From assembly GCF_006345805.1 (NCBI RefSeq), contig NC_043006.1:48484001-48548000 (forward strand): a DNA stretch of 64,000 nt, in the 5' to 3' direction. Below are positions 23,544 to 37,536 of this stretch, piece by piece. Within the stretch, counting starts at the first letter, position 1, and every line of letters begins with the position of its first letter. The position numbers were made by a program, and so were the translations under genes. This stretch comes from Octopus sinensis (taxonomy: Eukaryota). The notes below the pieces were generated by a model. That model was given only the letters and a program-made list of their open reading frames with translations. It ran no database searches and was not told where the DNA came from.

Positions 23544-24396
23544 TATATATATTCATTGAAAAGTACAAAACGCGTTTAAATATGCACGTATAGCCAACGT
23601 TCTCGAATTTTTGTGTGTGTGTATCGGTTTTGTGTAAGTCCCCATAACCTATCACCTAGAGAGAATGAGTACAAATTTTTAAAAATAAGTACCGGCGTCG
23701 ATTTGTTCTTCGATAAAATACCCGCCAAGGCGCTTCCTCAACATAGCTGCAGGACAATGGTTAAAACAGATAACAGATGAAAGAGAAAAACTAAAAGGTA
23801 AAAGATGACCTCTTTTTTCGAAAAACCAATGTGTACGTACGTTGTGTTCGCCATTATAGTTGTCGTGCTTATTAAATACGTTACCCAAATCGTTCTCAAT
23901 GGACATTAATGTCCACAGTAATATCGCTATTTTTCCAACAATTCGCACTTGTTTTACAGTATTTCTGTCCCCTTGTCATATCTTTCAGTTTTCCCTTAAT
24001 TGTCAGGGATTTATTTTATTTTTTATATGTTAATTATTCTTATTCTTTTTTTAGTCGGCCTTGCTAACTCTCTCCCGAGGACATTTTGTGTAGAAGGTAA
24101 GTTTTCCTTAAAAGCGTTCAACAATGTCTGTTTTTTTTAAATTTGTTTTTTTTTTTTGTTCTTGTTGATATTGTTTTTCACACAAAATTGCACGAAAACA
24201 AAAACGAAATTAAAAATAAAGTTCTCTTAGTAAAGGTTTCACGCGATACAACACTGAATAAAAAATATCGATTCTTCTTTTTTTTTTAATCAACAAAGTG
24301 TAAATCCAGAACAGGGGCACAGAAGTACACATGTCTTTGCAAGCAAAAAGAAATCAACAACATCAGGAATACCAAAACAAAATAAAAGACAACAAC

Positions 24397-24428
<32 letters not shown>

Positions 24429-24734
24429 CAACAACAACAACAACAAAAACAACAACATCAATGGTAATTAGAGAAACAACTGTAGCAAAAACAATGACAG
24501 TAATAATAATAATAGTAATAATAATGATGATGATGATGATGATGATGCATATTTGATTAGACACCATGTCAGTTTTTGAAAGGAAAGGTGTATAATGGAT
24601 TCAATCGATCAACGGCTTTAATAGCAATCGATTGATTTATTGAACCAGGTGCTATGAACAGCAAAATCAACCCTGGCAAAAGTTTGAAGTGAAAACCCAA
24701 AGGAACGAAATTAATGCCCTTATTTTCGTTTCTA

Positions 24735-24764
24735 TTACAACTACTACTACTACTACTACTACAA

Positions 24765-24824
<60 letters not shown>

Positions 24825-24855
24825 TTGCCAATAATAATAATAATAATAATATTAA
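24735..24855. repeat. (ACT)n followed by (AAT)n; family B SINE on minus at ~24880-25073; (AT)n field 25080-25380
   Basis: Read directly. Confidence 0.9.
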
Positions 24856-25221
24856 TAATGATAATACGCACAGAGAGGATAATCAAGGACAGACAAACGG
24901 ATTAAGTCGATTATATCGACCCCAGTGCGTAACTGGTACTTATTTAATCGACACTGAAATGATGAAAGGCAAAGTCGACCTTGGCGAAATTTGAACTCAG
25001 AACGTAGCCGCAGACGAAATACCGCTAAGCATTTTGCCCGGCGTGTTAATGTTCCTGCCAGCTTGCCACCTTTACATTAATATATATATATATATATATG
25101 CCTGCGCCTATATATTATTATATTATATATATATATATACACACACATCTATATAATATAATATATAACACACATATATATATACATACATATATATATA
25201 TACATACATATATATATATAC

Positions 25222-25258
<37 letters not shown>

Positions 25259-25317
25259 CTATAATATTATAATATCTATATTAATATATATATAATATAT
25301 ATATATATATAGATATA

Positions 25318-25364
<47 letters not shown>

Positions 25365-26013
25365 TAATATAATATATATGGCAGGGAGTATGCATGTATG
25401 TATGCATGCACCTATGTATATTGTGTGTGTTTATTTAGGTGTGGATATGATTGTATCTGTTTAAACATAACCAATATTAATAAGGAAACACATGACCTAC
25501 AGAATAATTTTATAAATAGACTGTCACACAGACAGACAGGCAGGCAAACATAGATTTTAAGGCACATATATGTATATATACATGTATGTGTGTGTCTATC
25601 TGTTCATACATACATATATATATATATATATTTACATGCGAGCACGCTCATGTACATGCATATAACTGTAGGTTCCAATAAATAATTAATATTGACGCAT
25701 CATTGATTCTAGATCCCGGGAGCTGAAAAACTACAAAATTGATTTGGTTGAATTCAGACTTCGTTGTTTGTGGCCGGTACCAACAATTTTCTCTCTCATT
25801 CATATCATTTCTATATTAGTAACTTCTGAGCGTACAATGTAACACAGATAATCTATGCGTGTAAATGCATATTTTATGTTTCATAAAATAATGTGAATGA
25901 ATAAACGAACGAATGATTGGTTGATTGATTCTTCCTTGCTTTCTACGATGTACACTCAGTAGTAAGACCAACTCAGCTATCGACTCGTTGTCTTAATATA
26001 TATGTTGGCGGCC

Positions 26014-26630
26014 GGCGGCGAGCTGGCAGAAACGATAGCACGCCGGGCGAGATGCTTAGCGGCATTTCGTCTGCCGTTACGTTCTGAGTTCAAATTCCGC
26101 CGAGGTTGACATTGCCTTTCATCCTTTCGGGGTCGATAAATTAAGTACCACTTACGCACTGGGGTCGATATAATCGACTTTATCCGTTTGTCTGTACTTG
26201 TTTGTTCTCTCTGTGTTTAGGCCCTTGTGGGCAGTAAAAAAATAAGAAACGTTAGCACGCCGGGCGAAATGCCTAGCTGCATTTCGTCTGTCTTTGCATT
26301 TTGAGTTCAAATTCCGCCTTGGTCGACTTTGCCTTTCATCCTTTCAAGGTCGATTAAATAAGTGTCAGTTAAGTACTGGGGATGATGTAATTGACTTAAT
26401 CTCTTTGTCTGTCCTTGTTTGTCCCCTCTATGTTTATCCCCTTGTGGGCAATAAAGAAATAGGTATTTCGTCTGTCTTTACGTTCTGAGTTCAAATTCCG
26501 CCGAGGTTGACTTTACCTTTCATCCTTTCGGGGTCGATAAATTATGTACCAGTTGCGTACTGAGGTCGATGTAATCGACTGGCCCCTTCCACCAAATTTT
26601 CGGTCCTTGTGCCGAGAGTAGAAAAGAATA
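26014..26630 (+). mobile_element. Family B SINE trimer: monomer + canonical dimer (tail-1 / headless unit / tail-2)
   Basis: Junction AAAGAAATAGGTATTTCGTCTG at ~26455; ends in tail-2 (GGCCCC..AAATTTTCGGTCCTTGTGCC.AGAGTAGAAAAGAAT). Confidence 0.9.
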
Positions 26631-26943
26631 TATATGTGACAGAACTCTCCACAGACAGGTGAAACATTAACGATAAAACACAGAGAGAAAGGCTGACTAG
26701 TATCAAACAATCTCTTTATGCAAATCAGGTTTCACTGAATTTTGCGTTGAATCTTGTTTCCTGCAAATTTCAAAACGTTCAAATTTTTGTTGCTGAAGAA
26801 AATGTCGGTTTTGATTAACACCATTTCAGCCCTGTCAGTAAAGGAGTTCCAGTCGTAAGCATCATCAATTCCTCTGTACAGCTACTGCATTAGCCTATGT
26901 GTCATCTTTTCTTTAAAAAAAAAGATTCAAAGAAAACAAGAAA

Positions 26944-27105
26944 TAGGCGCAGGGGTGGCTGTGTGGTAAGTATTTTGCTTCCGAACCTCATATTTCCGGG
27001 TTCACTACCACTGCATGGCATCTTCGGCAAGTGTCTTCTACTATAGCCTCAGGCCGACCAGAAACTTGTAAGTGGATTTGGTAGATGAAAACCGAAGAAG
27101 CCCGT

Positions 27106-27157
<52 letters not shown>

Positions 27158-27397
27158 TATACATACAACATACATACATACATACATACATACATACATA
27201 CATACATACATACATACATACATACTTACATACATACATGTATATATGTATGTATGTATGTATTTGTGTGTATCGATTGATAACCGATATTAGGCTTACA
27301 AAGAATAAGTCCTGGAGTCAATTTGTTCGACAAGAGGCGGTGCTCCAGCATGGCTGCAGTCAAATGACTGAAACGTGTACAGGAATAAAAGAATAAG
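26944..27397 (+). mobile_element. CORE-type SINE family A with a large (TG)(TA)(TACA) expansion replacing part of the body
   Basis: Head at 26944, tail at 27330-27397. Confidence 0.9.
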
Positions 27398-27951
27398 AAA
27401 TTAGCGTCTCGCTTGAGGGAGATTTGCCTGCTATTTCTACAATGTCCAGTACCTATTTAGATTCTCTTTCTAGACTTTTTACGCGCAAGTGTAAGCCCAT
27501 GCTATACGACGAAATGTTAAACGAAGTACAAATCCCCTAAGCTATATTCCCAACTGCGTAGAAAAAATAAAATACGGATTAACTCTTGTATATTCTACTG
27601 TCAGACTTCAAGGAGAGAATATCAAAAACAGAAGGCAAAGGGAGATAGCGAATATATATAATAAATACATCAAGGCATCTTGTTCGGTGCTCTACAATTA
27701 CTGTCTGACCCTGGCTGTGTAATAGTCGATACCCCTGCTCGAAACAGCTCAGAGATGTTGAAGGGGAGACATTAGGAAAAAAAAATGTGTAGCGTACTTA
27801 TTAATTATTCGAGGAAAGCGTCCATCCGTACAGGAGTGATTTTCACCAGACTGTAACAAGGTAAAGCAGACGGCTCCTATTTAGAGTCGTCTACAATAAT
27901 AAAGAAACAAGTGCAAAAAGTCTGCACAAACATGTATACGAATAGGTACAC

Positions 27952-28000
<49 letters not shown>

Positions 28001-28391
28001 TACACAAAAGCATCCGTACGCTTACACGGACTAAAATTCACGTGAATAACCAGCAGATTAACATGTATCAACGTAAATACACGCACTCATACATGCATGC
28101 ACACAGACAGACACGTACGCTCATAGATCTGTATGTATGTATGTATGTATGTATGTATGTATGTATGTATGTATGCATGTATGTATGTATGTATGCATGT
28201 ATGTATGCATGTATGTATGTGTGGGTGTGTGGATGGTGGCTGTGTATGTGTGTGTGGATAAATACCTCCGTATTTAAACACTATAGCGATTTTTTTATTC
28301 TGAACATAACTCACATTGGAGTACACAGACATATATTTGTCTCTGTGGGATGTGTACACATTGATATGCATACAAAACATATGAATACCAG

Positions 28392-28490
<99 letters not shown>

Positions 28491-28532
28491 CGGCGGTGCA
28501 TCAGCATGGCCGCAGCTCTGAGCTGAAACTTT

Positions 28533-28563
<31 letters not shown>

Positions 28564-28733
28564 GTCCCGGGTTGTTCGGGGTTAACCACATGGTAAATAA
28601 GGTACTCAATACATAGTACTCTATATAATAATATAATATATATATATATATTAAAGTAATATATTTATATATATGTATGTATTATATATATATATGTATA
28701 TTATATATATGTATATATATATATATGTATATA

Positions 28734-28789
<56 letters not shown>

Positions 28790-28797
28790 TATTATAT

Positions 28798-28828
<31 letters not shown>

Positions 28829-28852
28829 CAGATATAGATATATAGATAGATA

Positions 28853-29260
28853 GGCGGCGAGCTGGCAGAAACGTTAGCACGTCGGGTGAAATGCGTAGCC
28901 GTATTTTGTCTGCCGTTACGTTCTGAGTTCAAATTCCGTCGAGGTCGACTTTACCTTTCATCCTTTCGGGGTCGATTAAATAAGTACCAGTTACGCACTG
29001 GGGTAGATATAATCGACTTGATCCGTTTGTCTGTCCTTTTTTTGTCTCCTCTGTGTTTAACCCCTTGTGGGTAGTAAAGAAATAGGTATTTTCTCGGTCT
29101 TTACGTTCTGAGTTCAAATTCCGCTGAGGCCTACTTTGCCTCCTTTCATCCTTTTGGGGTCAATAAATTAAGTACCAGTTGCGTACTGGGTCGATGTAAT
29201 CGACTGCCTCTCCCCCTCCCCAGAAATTTCGGACCTTGTGCCTTGACTAGAAAAGAATAT
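28853..29260 (+). mobile_element. Family B dimeric SINE
   Basis: Head-core-tail1-AAGAAATAGGTATTT-core-tail2. Confidence 0.9.
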
Positions 29261-30898
29261 TTTGGATGGCTTCCTCTTGCATTTGTATAGAAAATTTCCT
29301 ATATGTATATAATTGTGTATTTGCTTCTCAACAACATGGTTCCGGGTTCAGTCCCATGCGTGCACTGTGGGCAAATGTCTTTTACTAGCTCACTACCATC
29401 TATAATACATAATGAAGCGTTTAGTAACAGTGTTGTGTGCGCCACACCGGCCATTTTCGAGGTTAGTATATCATTTTCTTTTTCTCGAGGTCTAGAATCC
29501 GAAAACGTTGGGAGGAAGAACCGGTGAGGTTTGCAATAAGGTCGAAAATCCGGCTGAAAAATTGTGCCTCAACGCTATTGACACGACGCTCGCTCAGCCA
29601 AGCTCGGACCAGAGAGTTTAATTACACACCATCGTAAGCACACACACTCTATCAATAACTTTGGTGTGATCCCTGTATAGTTTTTTGATCTGTTATGGCT
29701 CATTTCCTCATATTCCTCGTTACCATCATAATGACAATGGGCTATTATCTTACTACCTTGTCTTTCTTATCTCTTAAAGATACTTACCTTGGTATATTAA
29801 AACACAAACACTACTCTTAGTGGGTCGTCTCCGTGTGTGTTTTTTTTCTAGGTATTATGGCTAAAATATGCCATGTGATACACCGTTTTGTAGTACCGGT
29901 ATATTCTACAAAATGAGAAAGAAGCAGTCATTGTTTCATCTTTCAGATGCATGTATAAATAAATAATTTTACATAGTTGAACTGATTAGAGGAGGTTTTC
30001 ACAGTCATTTTAAGACCAAAACCAGCTTCCTAGCTTCATTCCTTACCGAGATATCGCATTCTGAAAGTTGCGAAACTGCGTTTTTCTTGGTGTTATAATT
30101 AGCGGCGCTTACGACGGTCTGTTACTAAACGCCTCATATATAATGCAATAACACCGATCATAGTCAATAAAATAGCAAAGAAATGTGCGGCCCGATACCA
30201 AATGATCCACGGCTCGATAGATGGAGACCCTGTCATGGAGAATCTGTAACTGTCTGTTGTAGGTAATAGCAGGAGCACCGTATTAAATAATGAGGTTTTA
30301 TATGCTTATAACGTTAGAGTTATGTCTAAGGTAATGTGAATCCCGCTTCACCAGATTATTCGTCTCCGTAATTTACACTGATTTTGATTCGTCTAGACAG
30401 GGATCATACTTCATCATGTGGGATGTTTACAAACTGATGGTGAGTTTTTGCACCTTGTACCGCCGGGAGGAGTTTTCTTTGGAGCAATTCCAATTAATTA
30501 TTTTTATTATCAACCCCAAAATATCATCCCCCTAATTGCACCCTACACGGCACGCATACAGCGAAACATATGTTTTTCGAAGGGACCTCAGTTCAGTAGA
30601 CTAAGTAGAAATATTTGGAGGTTCATCTGTTCATCTCTCCTATGGTGACCCTGTTTTTTTTTTCGTTTATTTTTTGTTTTGTTTCTGTTTAGTTATTGTT
30701 TTGTTTTGAAAGGCGGAGGGTAGAGACGTGTGTGTGTGTGTATATTTAGATTAATGGGGTTGAAACAGTAGGGCCTAGACCAAGTGTGTTAGAGCGCATA
30801 GCATCGATATTATGGGTTTCAACTTCAGAGTTCAAATCCGGTAAGGGTTTACTTTGCTTATCATCATGTCGATATCGATAAAATAAAGAACCAGTTGA

Positions 30899-30998
30899 NN
30901 NNNNNNNNNNNNNNNNNNNNNNNNNNNNNNNNNNNNNNNNNNNNNNNNNNNNNNNNNNNNNNNNNNNNNNNNNNNNNNNNNNNNNNNNNNNNNNNNNN
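30899..30998. other. Assembly gap, 100 N
   Basis: A run of exactly 100 N, typical of an unsized scaffold join; sequence across it may not be contiguous. Confidence 0.99.
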
Positions 30999-31318
30999 GA
31001 TACGGCGAAGTCATGCGATGGTAGTATGGCGGATTGTGTTAGACGCAGCAGAAGAGCTCAACTCAGACAACCGTGTTTCTTACATTGACGTTGAGCGGAG
31101 AAAACTTAGATCAACGGTCAGGATTAGCAAACTCTATCGAGAGTAATTACGACACATCCATAAGGGATGTCCATGGTTGTGTAATTAGCTAATGAAAGAT
31201 TCATTATGAATCAAGCTCCCAATTCAAATATGAAAACTAGAATTGGGTAGCGACAGAGAGTCACGTGAACCCGTGCAATCGGCGCGATGGTCATGATGGG
31301 ATTACAACGCAATACAAT

Positions 31319-31529
31319 GGCGGCGAGCTGGCAGGATCGTTAGCACGCCGGGCGAAATGCTTAACAGTATTTCGTCTGAGTTGAAATTCCGCCGATGTCG
31401 ACTTTGCCTTTCATACTTTCGGAATCGATTGAGTACCAGTTACGCACTGGGGTCGATGTAATCGACTTAGTTCCTTGTTGGGAGACCCAACAATGGACCC
31501 CATGTTGGGGGACGAACTTGGACACACAA

Positions 31530-31562
<33 letters not shown>

Positions 31563-31573
31563 ACACACACACG

Positions 31574-31605
<32 letters not shown>

Positions 31606-31773
31606 CATATATACGAGGGGCTTCTTTCCGTCTACCAAATCTACTCACAAGGCTTTGATCGGCCCGAGGCTGTAGTAGAAGACACTTGCCCAAGGTGCCA
31701 CGCAGTGGGAATGAACCCGGAACCATGTACTCGGTAAGCAAGCTACTCACCACACACGCCACTCCTGCGCCTA
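31319..31773. mobile_element. Family B SINE (+, ~31319-31470) abutting the 5' half of a family A SINE (-, ~31501-31773)
   Basis: Family motifs; source of several spurious ORFs. Confidence 0.88.
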
Positions 31774-31811
31774 TATGTATATATATATATGTATGCATAT
31801 ATATATATATA

Positions 31812-31919
<108 letters not shown>

Positions 31920-32342
31920 TAATACACAACAACATATTCGTTCGACATTACTCGTTCACCCCGTCGTGTTTTCTCACTGTCTCCTTATGAGCGTTCTTTC
32001 AGAAGACAATACACATGTAAATGTACGCAAGCTTGGTCCCATATATACACGGATGTATGTGGTATGCGTTTGAAATATAATCTAAATGTCATTAGTTACT
32101 TTCATACTTTTTTTTTCCTTTTATATATAAGTGACTTGCAGTGACTTTTACTATGATCCAACACTAAACAGAAAGTAGAACATCGCTGTGACATTTGTAA
32201 TATACGTATATCTATCTATACTTATATATAGATATAGATATAGATATACACACACAGATCAATGCGTGAAAGTGTGTGTGTGTATATATATATACGTGTG
32301 TGTGCACGTGTCTATACATATATACACATATATGATATATTC

Positions 32343-32373
<31 letters not shown>

Positions 32374-33026
32374 TATGATATAAATAATGTATGTATGTAT
32401 GCATGCATGTATGGATGTACGTGTGTATGCAAAGAAAGAGAGAGATAGAGGGGGCAGAGAATATTGTTATATCATTCACTCACATCAGGACCCTTTTTTT
32501 TCATTCCCTTCCGATTGCATGGCTGTTCCTTCTTTTCTTTTCGGATTCGTAATTGTCATGTCCATTGTAAAGTACAGAATTCGAAAATTAGTACCCTGTT
32601 AAAATTAAGCATTATTCTATATTGTGAGCACATTTAACTTTCATTTCCATCATCTGCAGACGTGTTTCTACATATATCTCATCAGTATATCTCATCAGTA
32701 TATATTTATGGAAGATTATAGCTCTACCATTAGGGAATTTAAATGAGAGTTAATTTTTCAATGCTGTACATAGTATTAAACATAGATTTTTAAAGATAAA
32801 ATGAAGTGAAACAGATATGAAAATAAAGATACTAGCCTTGAGTCTACGAAGCGGAAGCCGTTCAGCAAAATTTAGATGATTCCTCGTTGGAGAAATAGTC
32901 TTTCATGCTGGGGTGATTTTCTGTTCGGTTAATATTTTTCCAGCTGCTCGGTCCTGAAGAAATAAAAGGTTAGGTGTAGCACCCATAACCCTCATTTCTT
33001 CAAGATTGTCGAGAAGGATAAAGTGT

Positions 33027-33235
33027 ACTGTATTTGAGGCACAAAAGATGCACGAGCATATTAGATGCACGAACATATTAGATGCACCCGCAATTTCAGC
33101 AGCGCATATTCAGGTGGAAAAGGTTTTAGTGCAATAATGTCTATAGAACAGCTAACTTCGCATATAAGACCCTGTATGGTTTTTAGACATTTTCTTTCTT
33201 TTTTGGTGAGTGCAGTGTATCTTATATGCCATCTG
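33027..33235. mobile_element. Possible decayed Tc2/pogo-type MITE with 17-bp subterminal repeats
   Basis: TACTGTATTT..AAAAGATGCAC-GAGCATATTAGATGCAC-GAACATATTAGATGCACCC; possible right end GTGTATCTTATATGCC. Confidence 0.35.
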
Positions 33236-33939
33236 AATTGGATTGGGTTACTCATGATCAGCCCACTGCAGAACGAAGGCCTCAGCATGTTCTCTACACA
33301 AGACAATGGCTTGAGATCATACTGGTTTGATGAGCCTTCTCTGTTACACTGGCTCGACATGGCTTGTCAGAAGGATGCAGTTCTTTTTTATATATCAAAC
33401 CCAAGAGTAGCTGAGTCGGTTACATCGATCCCAGCGCTCAGCTGGTACTTTGATATGCCATCCAATACGATGATTATCCTCAAACTGGGGAACTAGCTTG
33501 AATGCTTGCAGTACACTGAACCCTACTAAAGCTACTCAAGATGCTAAGTGGTGATTTTAAGATGAATGACAGATTAAGTCTAACGTGCAAGAAGGCAAAA
33601 CACAAATAACAGGAGCAAATACCGCAAGATATCTCAGCTGACGTTCTAAAGATTCTGCCAAACCCCTTCCCTGGACTGGTACTTCATTTTATCAAACCCG
33701 AAAGAGATCGAAGGTAAAGCATAAAGCCGAGCTTGGTTGTATTTGAACTCAGAACACATGCAGAACAAATACCTGAAGACATTTTGTCCGATGCTCTAAC
33801 GACTCTGCCATTTCGCTGTCCTGAAACCGGCATATAATTGAACCTGGCATGGAACTGAGCCCGGAACCACGTAGTTCGTAAGCAAGCTACTTACCACACA
33901 GCCACTCCAACGCCTATATTATACCAGGTGTATAAAGCC

Positions 33940-34270
33940 GTTTTGTAGTGTTACACCAAACTGAAGGATGTCATTAACTGTCTTGTTTCATACCAGTATC
34001 CTAAGTTAATAATGATGTTTGTAACGTTTGTACCTATTCTAAATGTTATCCTAAGTGAACTAATGTCACATCCATCTGTTACATAGTATTAACTGGGCTA
34101 ATGACCTATCTAACTAGTCTGTAGTGTTATCCGGGGCTTGCAAGTAAACTAATAACAAACCCAACTATTCTGTAGTGTTCTCCATGACCAGCTAATGAGG
34201 TATCTAACTGGAAAGATTATCCCAGACTAACTAATGGTATATCCAACTGTTTTGTAAGGTTATGTTTGGT
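33940..34270. repeat. Degenerate ~40-50 bp minisatellite (CTAATGAC.TATCCAACTG.TCTGTAGTGTTATCC)
   Basis: At least 5 recognisable units, beginning near 34060, 34099, 34149, 34193 and 34231. Confidence 0.65.
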
Positions 34271-35158
34271 TGAATGATAATATGTATTCAACTAAGAACG
34301 TAAAGAAACATAACGAATTAGGTATCAAACACTATCCATTCTGTCAATCTGCTACATTATAGAAAATTTATTTCGTACAATTAGCACAAAACCTTACAAC
34401 CGAGGAACAGTTTATACCAGACTGATAACTGCATAGTGTAGTTTGCATGAAGTTGTGTAATATGTAAATAATATAAATATTTTAATTTTTTAAGTACTGC
34501 AGTTTGGAGGTTAGGCAAAATATCGGTTGAGCTGACGTTCATAAGACTTTTTTTTCTTAACTCTTGAATTATTTCTTTTTTATCTTCATTTGATAAGGAG
34601 AACGTTTCCCGAAATATAACTGAATCATTAAACAACTTATGCAAAGTAAAACAATATCTTTTCTGTATCCATATTTATCAGCATCATTTTTACATATTTC
34701 GGTTAACTTCTTATGCATTAAAAAAACTTTTAAAATATTTATAGACATAATAATTATTTTTTCGGTTAACTTTTTATGAATTAAAAAAAACTTTAAGAAT
34801 ATTTATAGACTGATAATCATTTTATCTCTACCAGAGGCAGAAACTGTTAAGTTAGTCTCGGTAAAATAGGAACAGAGAAACTTACAACGATAAAATGCAT
34901 CACTTTGAATACGTCAATGAACCATTTCTGCTGACTTGCCACTCGGTTTCATTTCAACTATATTCAACTCGAAAATGTGTATTTTCACAATTTCTTTATT
35001 CAATATAAATCTTCCAAGATTACCGAATGGGCAGAATTGATGGAACAGTGAAAAATACCCTTGCAGTATTAAGGCTCCTTTAGTTATTTATACACATGCA
35101 TATGTGTATATTGTATAAGCTTGCTTCCCCAAACATGGTGCGGGGTACCTGCATGTAC

Positions 35159-35299
35159 GTATGTATGTATGTATGTATGTATGTATGTATGTATGTATGT
35201 ATGTATGTATGTATGTATGTATGTATGTATGTATGTATGTATGTATTTATGTATGTATGTATGTATGTATGTATGTATGTATGTATGTATGTATGTATG
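35159..35299. repeat. (TATG)n, ~35 units
   Basis: Read directly. Confidence 0.96.
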
Positions 35300-35479
35300 C
35301 ATGTGTGTGTATGTATACATGTGTGTGTATGCATATGTATATATGTATGTGTGTGCATCTGTATGTATATATTCTGCATATTCATGTGCTTGCATGTCCG
35401 TGTTTGTGTATGTTTTATGTATGTGTGTGTGTGAGCGTGTGTTTGTATATGTATGCACCTCTGTCTCCTTATGTGTGCA

Positions 35480-35530
<51 letters not shown>

Positions 35531-35858
35531 TTGTGTTTTGCAACTATGTACTATATTTGTATGTATGGATGTGCATCTCTATATGTGCGAACACGTGTCT
35601 CCATATGTGTCCTTGTGTGGAGTAAAGTGTGTTTGTATATATGGTCATGTGTTTTTTATGCGTGTTAATCCTTTAAATAGACTATAGTTACAAAGCCTGA
35701 AATCTGGAGGAGGGGATAGTCGATTACATCGACTCCAGTACTCGACTGGTACTTATTTTATCGATCTTGAGAAGATGAAAGGTAAAGTCGACCTGGGCGG
35801 AATTTGAACTCAGAACGTAAAGATGGACGAAATACTGCCAAGCATTTTTGCCAAGTAA

Positions 35859-36293
35859 TAGGCGCAGGAGTGGCTGTGTGGTAAATAGATTGCTTACCAA
35901 CCACATGGTACCGGGTTCAGTCCCACTGCGTGGCACCTTGAGCAAGTGAGTGGATTTGGTAGACGGAAACTGAAAGAAGCCCATCGTATGTATGTATGTA
36001 TGTATGTATGTATGTATGTATGTATGTATGTATGTATGTATGTATGTATGTATGTATGTATATATGTGTGTGTATGTTTGTGTGTCTGTGTTGTGCCCCC
36101 AACATCGCTTGACAACTGATGCTGGTGTGTTTACGTCTCCGCAACTTAGCGGTTCGGCAAAAGAGACCCGATAGAATAAATACTAAGGCTTACAAAGAAT
36201 AAGTCCTGGGGGTCGATTTGCTCGACTAAAGGCGGTGCTCCAGCATGGCCACAGTCAAATGACTGAAACAAGTAAAAGAGTAAAAAAGAGTAA
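35859..36293 (+). mobile_element. CORE-type SINE family A with ~40-bp internal deletion and (TATG)n expansion; family B copy (-) immediately upstream at ~35700-35855
   Basis: GCAAGTG|AGTGGAT deletion junction relative to other copies. Confidence 0.9.
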
Positions 36294-37024
36294 AGTTTAA
36301 GAGTACGGTAACGATTCTGCCGGCTCTTGCGTATACACAGAATACATACACAGAAACACTCACAGAGACATACATACACAAGGAATCACACACACACACA
36401 CCACGTGTTTTGCAGAATATACGCTGAAGCACTGTTGACATCATACGCGTGCACACACACGTACACACACACGTACACACAAGATCATTCATACGCGATT
36501 GCGAACGAGACAGAAGCACGCACACACAGACACAGCAGGGAAGTTATAAAATGCGTGTGTGCAAGTCTTACATATGACTTACGTATCAAAGGCAACTTTA
36601 ATGTCTGTCAGTCTGTCTCTGTGAAGTGGTGGAAGGCTGATTGACTGACTACATTGGCAACAACTGTGAACAGATCTGCTCACCCCACCCCAGATCAGGC
36701 CACACTGGAGCTACACGACTTCCGAGTTAGCCGCAAACACAGATCACGACACCACACTACACAACGCAACACAAAAACTGTGTGTAAAACCATGATATTG
36801 CTTTTGCTATTAAGGGGAACCGTTCCTATGCATAATTGAGAATCCATCTGTTTCAGTCCGGAGATACGATATCTTTACAGATAAAAACGCGCACTCACGC
36901 ACTCAGTCTGACGCACTCGTTCAGAACAGACTCAGGTATAACAGTCATTCGAAAAAAAAAAAAAAAAGAAGAAAGCTTCACATACACACTCACTCACTGA
37001 GAAAGATGCGCACGCGCACAAGCT

Positions 37025-37059
37025 GCATCCGACGAAGAGCTCCGCTCGAAACGTCATAC
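37025..37059 (+). ncRNA. Minimal type-I hammerhead motif (family P1), within a ~140-bp repeat at 37025-37165
   Basis: GCAT CCGACGA A GAGC TCC GCTC GAAAC GTC ATAC. GUC triplet, stem II GAGC/GCTC, stem I 3/4 paired, core U4->C. The downstream tail is homologous to 13775-13875(-) and 40690-40790(-). Confidence 0.68.
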
Positions 37060-37166
37060 CCTCCTTCTTCCCTTCTTTCCTGAGCGTCCAATAATACTTT
37101 ATTTGTTCCACATCTTCGCGTTGTTGTCTTTTTGTTTTCTTGTTTGGATTAACTTTATATATTATT

Positions 37167-37198
<32 letters not shown>

Positions 37199-37226
37199 TA
37201 TATATATATATATATATATATGGTGT

Positions 37227-37275
<49 letters not shown>

Positions 37276-37475
37276 ATGTATGTATGTATGTATGTTCACG
37301 TCTGTCATTACGTTCTGAGTTCAAATTCAGCCGAGGTCGACTTTGCCTTTCATCCTTGCGGGTGTCGATAAATTAAGTACCATTATTTGCGCACTGGAGT
37401 CCATCTGATTGACTGGCCCTCTCCCCTAAAAATTTCGGACCTTGTGCCTAGAGTAGAAAAAAATATATAAGTACA

Positions 37476-37536
<61 letters not shown>

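Noticed and set aside
32670-32705. Tandem CTGATGAG on the minus strand (13-bp duplication)
   Set aside because: No stem II or GAAA follows; not a hammerhead.
33065-33496. 143-aa non-low-complexity ORF
   Set aside because: Crosses a putative MITE and a decayed family B SINE (33390-33450), so it is a composite chance ORF.
34381-34644. ORF with a FSLSNEDKKEIIQEL helix reminiscent of a pogo/CENP-B HTH
   Set aside because: The resemblance is short and unsupported by TIRs or further motifs.
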